Origin: a virus
DNA length: 37,438 nt
UHGV virus genome: UHGV-0041833
Strand: one strand, 5' to 3'
The notes below the pieces were generated by a model. The model searched no databases. It was not told where the DNA came from and saw only the letters and a list, made by a program, of their open reading frames with translations. Within the stretch, counting starts at the first letter, position 1, and each line of letters starts with the position of its first letter. Position numbers and translations under genes: made by a program. Of the stretch, positions 25,989 to 36,529 are shown in pieces.

Positions 25989-27468
25989 CACCATTCCGTC
26001 GAATACGCTGGTTCCGCTGTTTTATGCGGAAATGGATAACCAGGCTGCGAATACTGCACAGGACAGCGGAGCATCGCTGCTGATTGGTCATGCCAATAAC
26101 GGTGCAGAGATTGTTGCCAACAGTCTGGTACTGATGCCGTCGGCAGACTATGCACGCCAGATTTGTGGTGCGGGAAGTCAGCTGGCGCGTATGGTCGAGG
26201 CTTATCGCCAGACTGACCCGTTTGGCGAGCTGTATGTGATTGCCGTTCCTGAATCCACAGGCGCGGCGGCAACGGTTACGCTGACGGTGACCGGGGCGGC
26301 AACCGAAACCGGCACGGTGAATGTGTATGTGGGACGTACCCGCGTGCAGGTACCGGTGACTAACGGCGATAACGTTACGATGATTGCCAGCAGTATCCAG
26401 GATGCCATCAATGCCGTTCCGACCCTGCCGTTTACGGCTTCATCTTCGGCAGGCGTGGTCACACTGACCGCGCGTCATAAGGGGCTTTGCGGGAATGAAA
26501 TTCCTGTCAGCCTCAATTACTACGGCTTTGGTGGGGGCGAAGTGCTGCCAGCGGGCGTACAGATTGCCGTGGTGACGGGTACCGCCGGAACGGGTGCTCC
26601 GGTTCTCACCGGCGCTGTGGCTGCAATGGCGGATGAGCCGTTTGATTATATCGGCCTGCCGTTCAACGACACGGCCTCCGTTAACACGCTGGTGACCGAG
26701 ATGAACGATACCAGCGGTCGCTGGAGCTATGCGCGTCAGCTGTATGGTCATGTGTATACGGCAAAGACCAGCACGCTGTCAGAACTGGTGACCGCAGGTG
26801 ACCAGTTTAACCAGCAGCACATTACCCTGGCGGGGTACGAAAAAGACACCCAGACGCCTGCCGACGAGCTGGCGGCAAGCCGTACCGCCCGCGCAGCGGT
26901 GTTTATCCGCAACGATCCGGCACGTCCCACGCAGACCGGTGAGCTGGTGGGTATGCTGCCTGCGCCGAAGGGGAAACGGTTCACGATGACCGAACAAAAG
27001 ACCCTGCTGTCTCATGGCGTGGCAACGGCGTATGTCGAAAGCGGGGTACTGCGCATTCAGCGTGATGTCACCACGTACAGGAAAAACGCTTACGGGGTTG
27101 CGGATAACAGCTACCTCGACAGCGAGACGCTGCATACCAGTGCGTATGTACTGCGCAAACTGAAATCCGTCATTACCAGTAAGTACGGGCGTCACAAGCT
27201 TGCCAGCGACGGTACCCGCTTTGGTCCCGGTCAGGCGATTGTCACCCCGGCGGTGATCAAAGGGGAACTGCTGGCAACCTACCGTCAGCTTGAGCGTGCG
27301 GGGATCGTGGAAAACTACGAACTTTTTAAGCAGTACCTGGTTGTGGAGCGTGATGCCAGCGATCCGAACCGCCTGAACACGCTGTTCCCGCCTGACTATG
27401 TTAACCAGTTGCGTGTCTTTGCCGTGGTTAACCAGTTCCGTCTTCAGTATTCAGAGGAGTCCGCATAA
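25972..27468 (+). CDS. Contractile tail sheath protein (Mu L-like)
   Basis: 498 aa; size and position; followed by the tube gene with TAATG overlap. Confidence 0.85.
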   Translation: MTISFNTIPSNTLVPLFYAEMDNQAANTAQDSGASLLIGHANNGAEIVANSLVLMPSADYARQICGAGSQLARMVEAYRQTDPFGELYVIAVPESTGAAATVTLTVTGAATETGTVNVYVGRTRVQVPVTNGDNVTMIASSIQDAINAVPTLPFTASSSAGVVTLTARHKGLCGNEIPVSLNYYGFGGGEVLPAGVQIAVVTGTAGTGAPVLTGAVAAMADEPFDYIGLPFNDTASVNTLVTEMNDTSGRWSYARQLYGHVYTAKTSTLSELVTAGDQFNQQHITLAGYEKDTQTPADELAASRTARAAVFIRNDPARPTQTGELVGMLPAPKGKRFTMTEQKTLLSHGVATAYVESGVLRIQRDVTTYRKNAYGVADNSYLDSETLHTSAYVLRKLKSVITSKYGRHKLASDGTRFGPGQAIVTPAVIKGELLATYRQLERAGIVENYELFKQYLVVERDASDPNRLNTLFPPDYVNQLRVFAVVNQFRLQYSEESA

Positions 27469-27824
27469 TGGCCCGTATCGGGGGAACCTGTTATTTCAAA
27501 ATTGACGGTCAGCAGCTATCGCTGACCGGCGGCATTGAGGTGCCCATGAACAGGACGGTCAATGATGACATCATCGGCCTGGACGGTTCAGTGGACCGCA
27601 AGGAAACTCACCGTGCGCCTTATGTTAAAGGGACCTTCAAGGTGCCGAAGAATTTTCCGGTGAGCAAAATCACCTCGTCTGATGAGATGACCATCACTGC
27701 CGAGCTGGCGAACGGTCAGGTCTATGTACTGTCGTCTGCCTGGCTGCACGGCGAAGCGAACCATAATGCCGAAGAAGGGACGGTTGATCTTGAGTTCCAC
27801 GGTGAAGAAGGGGATTACCAGTAA
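27468..27824 (+). CDS. Tail tube protein (Mu M-like)
   Basis: 118 aa; AGAGGAG SD; between sheath and chaperone genes. Confidence 0.8.
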   Translation: MARIGGTCYFKIDGQQLSLTGGIEVPMNRTVNDDIIGLDGSVDRKETHRAPYVKGTFKVPKNFPVSKITSSDEMTITAELANGQVYVLSSAWLHGEANHNAEEGTVDLEFHGEEGDYQ

Positions 27825-28093
27825 TGAAAGAGCTTGAGTTAAAGAAACCGATTACCGCTCATGGCGAGACACTCTCCGTACTGGAGTTTGATGAGCCCAC
27901 CGGGAAAGATGTCCGCGAGCTGGGGTATCCCTACCAGATGAATCAGGATGAGTCCGTCAGACTTCTGGCGCATGTGGTATCGAAATACATTGTGCGGCTG
28001 GCGAAAGTGCCGCAAAACTCTGTCGACCAGATGTCTCCGGCAGACCTGAATGCTGCGGCGTGGCTTGTGGCTGGTTTTTTCCTCCAGGCCTGA
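27824..28093 (+). CDS. Tail assembly chaperone (short product)
   Basis: 89 aa; ends just after a TTTTTTC slippery site. Confidence 0.65.
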   Translation: MKELELKKPITAHGETLSVLEFDEPTGKDVRELGYPYQMNQDESVRLLAHVVSKYIVRLAKVPQNSVDQMSPADLNAAAWLVAGFFLQA

Positions 28094-28242
28094 CGGCTGA
28101 ATACCTCACTGATCGCTTCTTTGACTGCGCCAGCTACTGGCGCATTAATCCCTTCGAATTGCTGAATATGCCGATCAGTGAAATTCCCTTGCTGGTCAGT
28201 CAGGCAAACAGGATAGAGCAGGAGAAACGCACACATGGCTGA
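27824..28242 (+). CDS. Tail assembly chaperone, -1 frameshift fusion product
   Basis: Slippery heptamer T TTT TTC at 28075..28081; the -1 frame stays open to 28242 and overlaps the tape-measure start. Confidence 0.55.
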
Positions 28243-30070
28243 ATTTGAGCTTAAGGCGTTGATCACCGGTGTCGACAGGCTTTCTCCCGCGCTGTCGAAA
28301 ATGCAAAAGAAAATCCGGGGATTTAAACGCCAGGCGGAAGAAGCGTCACAGGGTGGGCTGGCGCTTGGTGGCGGACTGGCTGCGGGTCTGACGCTTTCCC
28401 TGAAATCTTATGCCGATCAGGAAAACGCCGCCACCGGGCTGAAAGTTGCCATGATGGATGCGAACGGTGAGGTCGGAAAGCGCTTTCAGGACATCAATAA
28501 ACTGGCTATTGGTCTGGGTAACCAGCTACCCGGTACAACGGCTGATTTCCAGAACATGATGCAGATGCTGGTGCGTCAGGGGATCCCGGCAGAAAACATT
28601 CTTGGCGGTGTGGGTAAAGCGACAGCTTATCTTGCGGTACAACTGAAAAAAACACCGGAAGCGGCTGCCGAGTTTGCCGCAAAGATGCAGGATGCTACCG
28701 GAACGGCGTCAGAAGACATGATGGGGCTGTTCGACACTATCCAGAAGGCGTTTTATCTGGGCGTTGACGATACCAACATGTTGTCCTTCTTCACTAAAAC
28801 CAGCTCTGTTCTGAAGATGGTGAACAAGGACGGTCTTCAGGCTGCACAGAGCCTTGCCCCCATCAGCGTCATGATGGATCAGATGGGGATGAACGGGGAG
28901 TCGGCAGGTAACGCCCTGCGAAAAGTTATCCAGTCCGGATTAAGCGTTAAGAAAATCAGGGACGTCAATAAAGTCATGGCCCGCCAGAAACTCGGGGTAC
29001 AGCTCGATTTTACTGACGGCAAAGGGAGTTTTGGCGGTCTTGATAACATGTTCAGGCAACTGGCAAAGCTGCGAAAACTGACCGACGTTAAGCGAACTGG
29101 TGTACTTAAGGCAATATTTGGTGATGATGCCGAAACCCTTCAGGTGGTCAATGCACTAATCGATAAAGGAAAGGATGGCTACGACCAGATCCAGCAGAAG
29201 ATGAATAAACAGGCCAGTCTGAATAAACGTGTTCAGGCACAGCTTGGTACGCTGTCCAACCTGTGGGAGGCAATGACAGGGACCGCAACTAACGGCCTTG
29301 CGGCTATTGGCGGCGCATTTTCTGGTGACGCTAAAAATATCACGCAATGGCTGGGGGAGTTGGGGGAGAAATTCACGAAGTTTGCGGATGAAAATCCCCG
29401 GGTTATTCGCGGCGTCGTCGGGCTTGCTGCCGGTCTTGCGATTCTGAAACTGGGATTGATGGGCGTTGGCGGTGCCATCAGTATTGTCAGCAGGATCATG
29501 TCGATGACGCCGATTGGCATGATTGCGACGGCGATAGCCCTGGCTGCGGGATTAATTATCACTAACTGGGATGTTGTCGGACCTTATTTCAAGAAGCTCT
29601 GGGAAACCATTGGTCCTTATTTTGAGGCTGGCCGGGAACTTCTGAAGAAGGTTTTTGCCTGGTCGCCGCTGGGGATGGTAATCAATAACTGGGGACCGGT
29701 TGTTAAGTGGTTTCAGGATATGTGGGACAAGCTGAAGCCAATTATTGAGTGGTTTACCGACAGTTCCGGTGACACGGTCGATGCCATTAACTCTGCGCAG
29801 TGGGGCGCGGGTGCTTATGATGCTTATGGGACGGGAATACCGGCACGGGGATACACACCTTATCAGGCGGTGGATCCGGCTCAGTCAAACAACGCCTCCG
29901 GTGCCACAGGCCCGAATCCCTTCATGATTAACAAAGCTTCTGCGCCAAAAGTTGATGGTGAGATCAAGGTCTCTTTTGTGAATTCACCTCCGGGTATGCG
30001 GGTTATGGAAACGCGATCCAGCGGTTTTGATGTCAGCCATGATGTTGGCTATACGCGCTTTGGCAGGTAA
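28235..30070 (+). CDS. Tail tape measure protein
   Basis: 611 aa; AGGAGA SD; Ala/Gly-rich helical protein with hydrophobic central segment. Confidence 0.85.
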   Translation: MAEFELKALITGVDRLSPALSKMQKKIRGFKRQAEEASQGGLALGGGLAAGLTLSLKSYADQENAATGLKVAMMDANGEVGKRFQDINKLAIGLGNQLPGTTADFQNMMQMLVRQGIPAENILGGVGKATAYLAVQLKKTPEAAAEFAAKMQDATGTASEDMMGLFDTIQKAFYLGVDDTNMLSFFTKTSSVLKMVNKDGLQAAQSLAPISVMMDQMGMNGESAGNALRKVIQSGLSVKKIRDVNKVMARQKLGVQLDFTDGKGSFGGLDNMFRQLAKLRKLTDVKRTGVLKAIFGDDAETLQVVNALIDKGKDGYDQIQQKMNKQASLNKRVQAQLGTLSNLWEAMTGTATNGLAAIGGAFSGDAKNITQWLGELGEKFTKFADENPRVIRGVVGLAAGLAILKLGLMGVGGAISIVSRIMSMTPIGMIATAIALAAGLIITNWDVVGPYFKKLWETIGPYFEAGRELLKKVFAWSPLGMVINNWGPVVKWFQDMWDKLKPIIEWFTDSSGDTVDAINSAQWGAGAYDAYGTGIPARGYTPYQAVDPAQSNNASGATGPNPFMINKASAPKVDGEIKVSFVNSPPGMRVMETRSSGFDVSHDVGYTRFGR

Positions 30071-30130
30071 TGAAAAATTAATCTGTTAATGAGTCCCACT
30101 CCGGTGGGATTTTTTATGTACGGAGTTTAT

Positions 30131-31459
30131 ATGACGTGGAAAGACAGACTTCAGGACGCGTCATTTCGCGGTGTGCCGTTTAAGGTTGAAGAAGAAAGTG
30201 CGGGAACCGGTCGTCGTGTGGAAACGCACGAATACCCGAACCGCGACAAACCCTATACCGAAGACCTGGGGAAAATCACTTTCCGCCCGTCCATCACAGC
30301 TTATGTGGTGGGAGATGACTGCTTTGACCAGCGCGATCGCCTGATTGACGCGCTGAATAAACCCGGTCCCGGCACGCTTGTCCATCCGACTTACGGTGAG
30401 CTGAAAGTCTGTGTTGACGGGGAAGTTCGGGTCAGCACATCGAAGAGTGAAGGGCGTATTGTCCGCTTTGACCTGAAGTTTGTCGAAGCGGGAGAACTCT
30501 CTTACCCCACTTCAGGTGCGGCGACGGCGCAGACGCTGATGTCATCCTGTTCTGCACTGGATGACTGCATCAGTGACAGCTTCAGTGGTTTCAGTATCGA
30601 TGGCGTGGCAGATTTTGTGCAGAACGACGTCGTCGGTAATGCCAGCACAATGCTTGGGTATGTTTCTGATGCGATGAAAGTGGTGGATTCTGCCGTATCG
30701 GATGCCGCCAGGCTGTTGCAGGGGGATATCTCGGTACTTCTGCCGCCGCCATCGTCAGGCAAAAATTTCGTTGAGCAGGTGCAGAAAATGTGGCGTACCG
30801 GGAAACGCCTTTATGGTAACGCCAGCGACCTGGTCACCATGATCAAAACGCTTTCCGGTGTCAGCCTCGGCAGCGATCTGCAACCGCGCGGCGTCTGGAA
30901 AACGGACAGTAAAACCACCGCCACGGCGACGCAGCAGCGTAACGTGGTTGCCAGCACCCTTCGTACGACCGCAATCAGCGAAGCGGCGTATGCCGTCACA
31001 CGATTGCCTGCGCCCACAACTTCCGCGGTGATGCAGAATGCCACAGTGGGGCAGTCAACAACACCCGCGCAGAGCACCGGCTGGCCTTCTGTCACGCATC
31101 CGGCACTGAACAATGCACCGGCGGTGAAAAACACGGTTGACCTGCCAACGTGGGAAGAACTGACCGACATTCGCGACACACTGAATACGGCAATTGATAA
31201 GGAGTTGTCCCGTACAACCAGTGATGTGCTGTTTCTGGCGCTGCGCCGGGTGAAAGCAGATCTGAATGCGGATATCAACACGCGCCTTGAACAGTCTGCA
31301 CGGATCATTCAGCGCACACCGGATGAGGTTTTACCCGCGCTGGTGCTGGCGGCGACCTGGTTTGATAACGCGGCGCGTGACGCGGACATTATCCGGCGTA
31401 ATGCCATTACGCATCCCGGCTTTGTGCCGGTGATCCCTCTGAAGGTGCCAGTGCAATGA
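30131..31459 (+). CDS. DNA circulation protein (Mu N-like)
   Basis: 442 aa from ATG 30131 (ACGGAG SD; track ORF begins at 30089); N-terminus MTWKDRLQDASFRGVPF. Confidence 0.7.
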   Translation: MTWKDRLQDASFRGVPFKVEEESAGTGRRVETHEYPNRDKPYTEDLGKITFRPSITAYVVGDDCFDQRDRLIDALNKPGPGTLVHPTYGELKVCVDGEVRVSTSKSEGRIVRFDLKFVEAGELSYPTSGAATAQTLMSSCSALDDCISDSFSGFSIDGVADFVQNDVVGNASTMLGYVSDAMKVVDSAVSDAARLLQGDISVLLPPPSSGKNFVEQVQKMWRTGKRLYGNASDLVTMIKTLSGVSLGSDLQPRGVWKTDSKTTATATQQRNVVASTLRTTAISEAAYAVTRLPAPTTSAVMQNATVGQSTTPAQSTGWPSVTHPALNNAPAVKNTVDLPTWEELTDIRDTLNTAIDKELSRTTSDVLFLALRRVKADLNADINTRLEQSARIIQRTPDEVLPALVLAATWFDNAARDADIIRRNAITHPGFVPVIPLKVPVQ

Positions 31460-32535
31460 ACGATAACGTCACGCTACGGGTAAATGGCCGGGAGTGGAAT
31501 GGCTGGACATCGGTGCGCATCGGTGCCGGTATTGAACGGCTGGCGCGGGATTTCAGTGTGGAGATCACCCGCCAGTGGCCGGGTGATGAGGGTATCACCA
31601 CGCTTCAGCCGCGCATTAAAAACGGTTCAAAAGTGGAGGTGCTGATTGGTGATGAGCTGGTGATCACCGGCTGGGTGGAGGCGACGCCCGTTCGTTACGA
31701 TGCCCGTTCGGTCAGCACCGGTATTGCCGGACGCAGTCTGACCGCTGACCTGATTGACTGTGCAGCCGAACCGACACAGTTTAACGGACGATCGCTGGTA
31801 CAGATTGCGCAGGCGCTTGCTGCGCCTTTCGGCATTGAGGTGGTGAACAACGGTGCGCCGTCGGGTGTTATTCCTGACGTCCAGCCCGATCACGGTGAAA
31901 CGGTGATTGAGGTAATCAACAAAATACTCGGTCAGCAGCAGGCACTGGCTTACGACGACCCACACGGCAGGCTGGTGATTGGCGGTATTGGCTCAACGCG
32001 GGCACATACTGCGCTGGTACTCGGGGAAAACATCCTTTCCTGCGATACGGAGAAGAGTATCCGGGAGCGGTTTTCTGTTTACCAGGTGGCGGGGCAGCGT
32101 GCTGGAAACGACGATGATTTCGGTGAGGCCACCACCAGCGCGCTGCGGGCCCGCACAGAGGACGCATTTATTGCCCGTTACCGTCCGATGTATATCAGGC
32201 AGACAGGGCAGGCTACGGGGGCAGGCTGTATTGCGCGTGCTGACTTTGAAGCCCGACAACGGGCGGCGCGGACGGATGAAACCACCTATGTGGTGCAGGG
32301 CTGGCGACAGGGTAACGGTACGCTGTGGCAGCCCAACCAGCGGGTGATTGTCTTCGATCCGGTCTGTGGTTTCGACAATACCGAACTGCTTGTCTCGGAA
32401 GTCACGTTTACTCAGGACCAGAACGGCACCCTGACGGAAATCCGTGTCGGCCCACCTGATGCTTATCTGCCTGAACCCGAAGCCCCCGGCGCGCGGAAAA
32501 AGAAAAAAGCCAGAGTACAGGAGGACCCGTTCTGA
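31456..32535 (+). CDS. Baseplate hub protein (Mu P-like)
   Basis: 359 aa; ATGA overlap; position. Confidence 0.7.
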   Translation: MNDNVTLRVNGREWNGWTSVRIGAGIERLARDFSVEITRQWPGDEGITTLQPRIKNGSKVEVLIGDELVITGWVEATPVRYDARSVSTGIAGRSLTADLIDCAAEPTQFNGRSLVQIAQALAAPFGIEVVNNGAPSGVIPDVQPDHGETVIEVINKILGQQQALAYDDPHGRLVIGGIGSTRAHTALVLGENILSCDTEKSIRERFSVYQVAGQRAGNDDDFGEATTSALRARTEDAFIARYRPMYIRQTGQATGAGCIARADFEARQRAARTDETTYVVQGWRQGNGTLWQPNQRVIVFDPVCGFDNTELLVSEVTFTQDQNGTLTEIRVGPPDAYLPEPEAPGARKKKKARVQEDPF

Positions 32536-33083
32536 TGAGTACGATTGAAGCCATGCAGCGACAACTCCTCGGCCTGATTGGGCGGGCAGTGGTGAAAAGC
32601 ATCAGTGCCGCCACGAAATGTCAGACCGTGGATGTGTCCCTGATTGCCGGTGAACCCAAAGCCGGGGTTGAACATCTTGAACCCTACGGTTTTACCGCAA
32701 GGGCAAACAGCGGTGCGGAAGCGGTGGTGTTGTTTCCGGATGGTGACCGTTCTCATGCGGTGGTTGTTACGGTGTCGGACCGGCGCTACCGCCTGAAAGG
32801 GCTGCAGACGGGTGAGGTGGCGGTCTATGACGATCAGGGGCAGTCTGTGACGCTGACCCGGGAGGGGATCGTGGTGGACGGTGCAGGTAAAACGATCACG
32901 TTTCGCAATGCACCTGAAGCACGTTTTGAAATGGACCTGGAAGTGACAGGACAGGTGAAAGACCTGTGCGACTCCAGCGGCACCACCATGTCAGCGATGC
33001 GGCTTGCCTATAACGGGCATCGTCACAGAGAGAACGGTCAGGGCAGTAACACCGACAAACCTGATAAAGCGATGGAGGCATGA
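32535..33083 (+). CDS. Baseplate assembly/spike protein (Mu gp45 / V-like)
   Basis: 182 aa; position. Confidence 0.65.
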   Translation: MSTIEAMQRQLLGLIGRAVVKSISAATKCQTVDVSLIAGEPKAGVEHLEPYGFTARANSGAEAVVLFPDGDRSHAVVVTVSDRRYRLKGLQTGEVAVYDDQGQSVTLTREGIVVDGAGKTITFRNAPEARFEMDLEVTGQVKDLCDSSGTTMSAMRLAYNGHRHRENGQGSNTDKPDKAMEA

Positions 33084-33508
33084 TGGAACTGTGGCTGACG
33101 GTGAACGGTAAACGCACCTGCGCCAGCGCACCGCTGGATCCGCTGACCCGCGCCGTGGTGATTTCCCTGTTTACCTGGCGGCGGGCGGAGCCTGATGACA
33201 ACGCCGACGTCCCGATGGGATGGTGGGGGGATACCTGGCCTGCGGTACAGAATGACCGTTACGGCTCCCGACTGTGGCTGCTTCAGCGCAGCAAACTGAC
33301 CAATCAGCTGGTGCAGACGGTAAGGGGGTATATCCGCGAATGCCTGCAATGGATGATTGATGACGGCGTGGTGTCCCGTATTGATCTGGATATCCTCCGC
33401 ACCGGGATTAATGAACTGGGTAACAGTATCACTCTCTGGCGTCGTGACGGACCGGTAATGATTTCTTTAGATGATCTGTGGAGTGCGATAACGCATGGCG
33501 GACAGTGA
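33080..33508 (+). CDS. Baseplate wedge protein (Mu gp46 / W-gp25-like)
   Basis: 142 aa; position. Confidence 0.65.
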   Translation: MMELWLTVNGKRTCASAPLDPLTRAVVISLFTWRRAEPDDNADVPMGWWGDTWPAVQNDRYGSRLWLLQRSKLTNQLVQTVRGYIRECLQWMIDDGVVSRIDLDILRTGINELGNSITLWRRDGPVMISLDDLWSAITHGGQ

Positions 33509-34572
33509 ATTTCAGCGCCCGACGCTGGCAGAAAATATCAGTATGCTCCGTAACGATTTATTCGCCAGGCTGGACGTCAGCGACACGCTCCGGCGCATGG
33601 ATGAAGACGTGCGGGCAAAGGTGTATGCGGCGGCGCTGCATACGGTTTACGGGTACATCGATTATCTGGCAATGAACATGCTGCCTGACCTGTGCGATGA
33701 GTCCTGGCTGGCGCGACATGCTGCGATGAAACGGTGTCCGCGCAAGGGGGCCACGACTGCCAGCGGGTATATGCGCTGGGAAGGCGTCAGCGATGGCCTG
33801 AAGGTGACCGCCGGGAGTGTTATTCAGCGCGATGACCTGATTCAGTACACGGCAACTGCCGATGCAACCAGCGCCGGTGGTGTCCTGCGCGTGCCGATCG
33901 CCTGCTCAAGTGCAGGCGCGGTCNNNNNNNNNNGGCGCGGTCGGTAACGCTGACGACGGTACGTCATTAATCCTGGTCACGCCGGTTAATGGTCTGCCGT
34001 CTTCCGGCGTGGCAGACACTCTGACAGGTGGATTTGATACTGAAGAGCTGGAAACGTGGCGCGCCCGCGTCATTGAGCGGTATTACTGGACGCCTCAGGG
34101 CGGGGCTGACGGGGACTATGTTGTCTGGGCTAAAGAATTGCCCGGCATTACCCGCGCATGGGCATACCGTCACTGGATGGGAACGGGGACTGTCGGTGTG
34201 ATGATTGCCAGCAGTGACCTGATTAATCCCATTCCGGAAGAATCAACGGAAACGGCGGCAAGACAACATATCGGGCCACTGGCCCCGGTGGCAGGCTCTG
34301 ATTTGTATGTGTTCAGGCCGGTGGCGCATACGGTGGATTTTCATATCCGTGTGACGCCGGATACACCGGAAATACGGGCTGCCATCACCGCGGAGTTGCG
34401 TTCGTTCCTGCTGCGTGATGGTTATCCGCAGGGAGAACTGAAGGTGTCGCGTATCAGTGAAGCGATTTCCGGTGCGAACGGGGAATACAGCCATCAATTG
34501 CTTGCACCGGCGGAAAATATCTCCATTGCAAAAAATGAACTGGCGGTTCTGGGGACGATTTCATGGGCGTGA
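33495..34572 (+). CDS. Baseplate J-like protein (Mu gp47), split in the ORF track by an assembly gap
   Basis: Track ORFs 33495..33947 and 33862..34572 come into one frame if the 10-N run and the 9-nt duplicate ggcgcggtc are collapsed. Confidence 0.7.
33924..33933. other. Assembly gap (10 N) flanked by duplicated ggcgcggtc
   Basis: Direct reading. Confidence 0.8.
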
Positions 34573-35180
34573 CAAACGATGATTACATCCGTCTGTTGTC
34601 GGCACTGCTGCCGCCCGGTCCGGCGTGGTCAGCCAGCGATCCGGCGATTGCCGGTGCGGCACAGTCATTAACCCGCGTTCATCAGCGTGCGGATGCCCTG
34701 ATGCGGGAGCTGGATCCGCGCACCACCACCGAACTGATAAATCGCTGGGAGCGTCTGTGCGGCCTGCCGGATGAATGTATTCCCGCAGGAACACAGACCC
34801 TTCGCCAGCGTCAGCAACGACTGGATGCGAAGGTTAACCTGGCGGGCGGCATCAATGAGGATTTTTACCTTGCACAGCTTGCTGCCCTGGGCAGACCAGA
34901 CGCCACCATCACGCGATACGACAAAAGCACGTTCACCTGCTCATCGGCCTGTACTGACGCGGTGAATGCGCCGGAATGGCGGTATTACTGGCAGGGCAAC
35001 AAANNNNNNNNNNGGTATTACTGGCAGGTCAACATGCCAGCCGCCACCAACAGCACCTGGATGACATGTGGCGATCCCTGTGATTCCGCGCTGCGTATCT
35101 GGGGCGACACCGTCGTCGAATGTGTGCTTAACAAACTCTGCCCTTCGCATACCTACGTAATTTTTAAATATCCGGAGTAA
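34563..35180 (+). CDS. Tail protein (Mu gp48 / DUF2313-like)
   Basis: 205 aa; N-terminus [18 protein letters not shown] typical of DUF2313 tail proteins; contains a 10-N gap flanked by an imperfect 23-nt duplication. Confidence 0.65.
   Translation: MGVTNDDYIRLLSALLPPGPAWSASDPAIAGAAQSLTRVHQRADALMRELDPRTTTELINRWERLCGLPDECIPAGTQTLRQRQQRLDAKVNLAGGINEDFYLAQLAALGRPDATITRYDKSTFTCSSACTDAVNAPEWRYYWQGNKXXXXYYWQVNMPAATNSTWMTCGDPCDSALRIWGDTVVECVLNKLCPSHTYVIFKYPE
35004..35013. other. Assembly gap (10 N) flanked by near-duplicate ggtattactggcagg(g/t)caaca
   Basis: Direct reading. Confidence 0.8.
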
Positions 35181-35183
35181 TCC

Positions 35184-35927
35184 ATGCATCGTATAGACAC
35201 GAAAACCGCGCAGAAGGATAAGTTCGGCGCGGGTAAGAACGGTTTTACCCGTGGTAACCCCCAGACAGGCACGCCTGCCACCGATCTGGATGATGAGTAC
35301 TTTGACATGTTGCAGGAAGAACTCTGCAGCGTGGTGGAGGCATCCGGTGCCAGTCTGGAGAAGGCGCGGCACGACCAGCTGCTTACCGCGCTTCGTGCGC
35401 TGCTGTTAAGCCGCAAGAATCCGTTTAGCGATATCAAATCGGACGGCACGGTGAAAACGGCTCTCGAAAACCTTGGTTTGGGAGAAGGCTCTGCATTACC
35501 TGTTGGTGTGCCTGTTCCATGGCCTTCAGCCACACCGCCAACAGGCTGGCTGAAATGCAACGGTGCGGCTTTTTCTGCTGAAGAATACCCGGAACTGGCA
35601 AAGGCTTATCCGACAAATAAATTGCCTGATTTACGTGGTGAGTTTATTCGTGGCTGGGATGATGGGCGCGGCGTTGATTCAAGGCGTGCGGTGCTGTCAA
35701 CACAAGAGCCAACTGTAGGTACTTTTTATGTGGAGCTAGCTATCATCTCGGGAACTTTGAGCGGCTCAGGTGCTAAATTTACCGATTCAGTAGGGATTGG
35801 ATCAACCAGTAGTAACATTACCGTTAGCAACGGTAATGACCAGTCCGTGTCGGGTACAGTGGCCGTTAACCCCGTCGATACCCGTCCACGCAACATTGCA
35901 TTTAACTATATCGTGAGAGCAGCATAA
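35184..35927 (+). CDS. Tail fibre protein (constant N-terminal part fused to variable part Sv of the invertible segment)
   Basis: 247 aa; conserved N-terminus ([26 protein letters not shown]); crossover site lies at codons 93..101 (ALENLGLGE). Confidence 0.8.
   Translation: MHRIDTKTAQKDKFGAGKNGFTRGNPQTGTPATDLDDEYFDMLQEELCSVVEASGASLEKARHDQLLTALRALLLSRKNPFSDIKSDGTVKTALENLGLGEGSALPVGVPVPWPSATPPTGWLKCNGAAFSAEEYPELAKAYPTNKLPDLRGEFIRGWDDGRGVDSRRAVLSTQEPTVGTFYVELAIISGTLSGSGAKFTDSVGIGSTSSNITVSNGNDQSVSGTVAVNPVDTRPRNIAFNYIVRAA
35461..35486. other. Left crossover site of invertible segment (Hin/Gin/Pin-type 26-bp site)
   Basis: ctctcgaaaacc tt ggtttgggagaa; fits the hix/gix half-site pattern ..TC..AAACC NN GGTTT..GA.AA recalled from memory. 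Confidence 0.7.
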
Positions 35928-36529
35928 TGGATAAAGCAATATTAAATAGTGGACTTGTTGCTACAAAGGCAGGGGATATTACCGTTTATAACTATGATGG
36001 TGAAACTCGGGAATATATTTCCACTTCAAGTGAATATCTTGCCGTTGGTGTTGGTATCCCGGCATATTCCTGTCTGGATGCACCAGGTATACATAAGGCG
36101 GGTTATGCTATCTGTCGTTCTGTGAATTTAAATTCATGGGAATATGTGCCAGACCATCGCGGTGAAATCGTCTATAACACCGAAACGGGAGAATCAAAAC
36201 AAATCACAGCACCGGGTGATTACCCCGAAAATACAACCACTATTGCCCCATTAACGCCATACGATAAATGGGATGGTGAGAAATGGGTGACCGATACTGA
36301 GGCACAGCATAGCGCCGCAGTAGACGCGGCAGAAGCACAGCGTCAGTCACTGATTGATGCTGCAATGGCTTCCATCGGTCTGATTCAGCTGAAATTACAG
36401 GCCGGACGGAAGCTGATGCAGGCAGAAACAACCCGGCTTAACGCTGTGCTGGATTACATTGACGCGGTGACGGCAACAAATACCAGCACAGCGCCGGATG
36501 TCATCTGGCCTGAACTGCCGGAGGCGTAG
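35927..36529 (+). CDS. Tail fibre assembly protein (Tfa, forward orientation)
   Basis: 200 aa; ATAATG overlap with fibre gene; C-terminal Tfa signature (LDYIDAV...TAPDVIWPELPEA). Confidence 0.75.
   Translation: MDKAILNSGLVATKAGDITVYNYDGETREYISTSSEYLAVGVGIPAYSCLDAPGIHKAGYAICRSVNLNSWEYVPDHRGEIVYNTETGESKQITAPGDYPENTTTIAPLTPYDKWDGEKWVTDTEAQHSAAVDAAEAQRQSLIDAAMASIGLIQLKLQAGRKLMQAETTRLNAVLDYIDAVTATNTSTAPDVIWPELPEA

Noticed and set aside
29233-29562. Minus-strand ORFs inside the tape-measure gene
   Set aside because: Antisense to the tape-measure gene; no start context.
31627-32756. Cluster of plus- and minus-strand alternative ORFs overlapping baseplate genes
   Set aside because: All overlap the Mu P-like and gp45-like genes in other frames or antisense; Arg-rich low-complexity translations.
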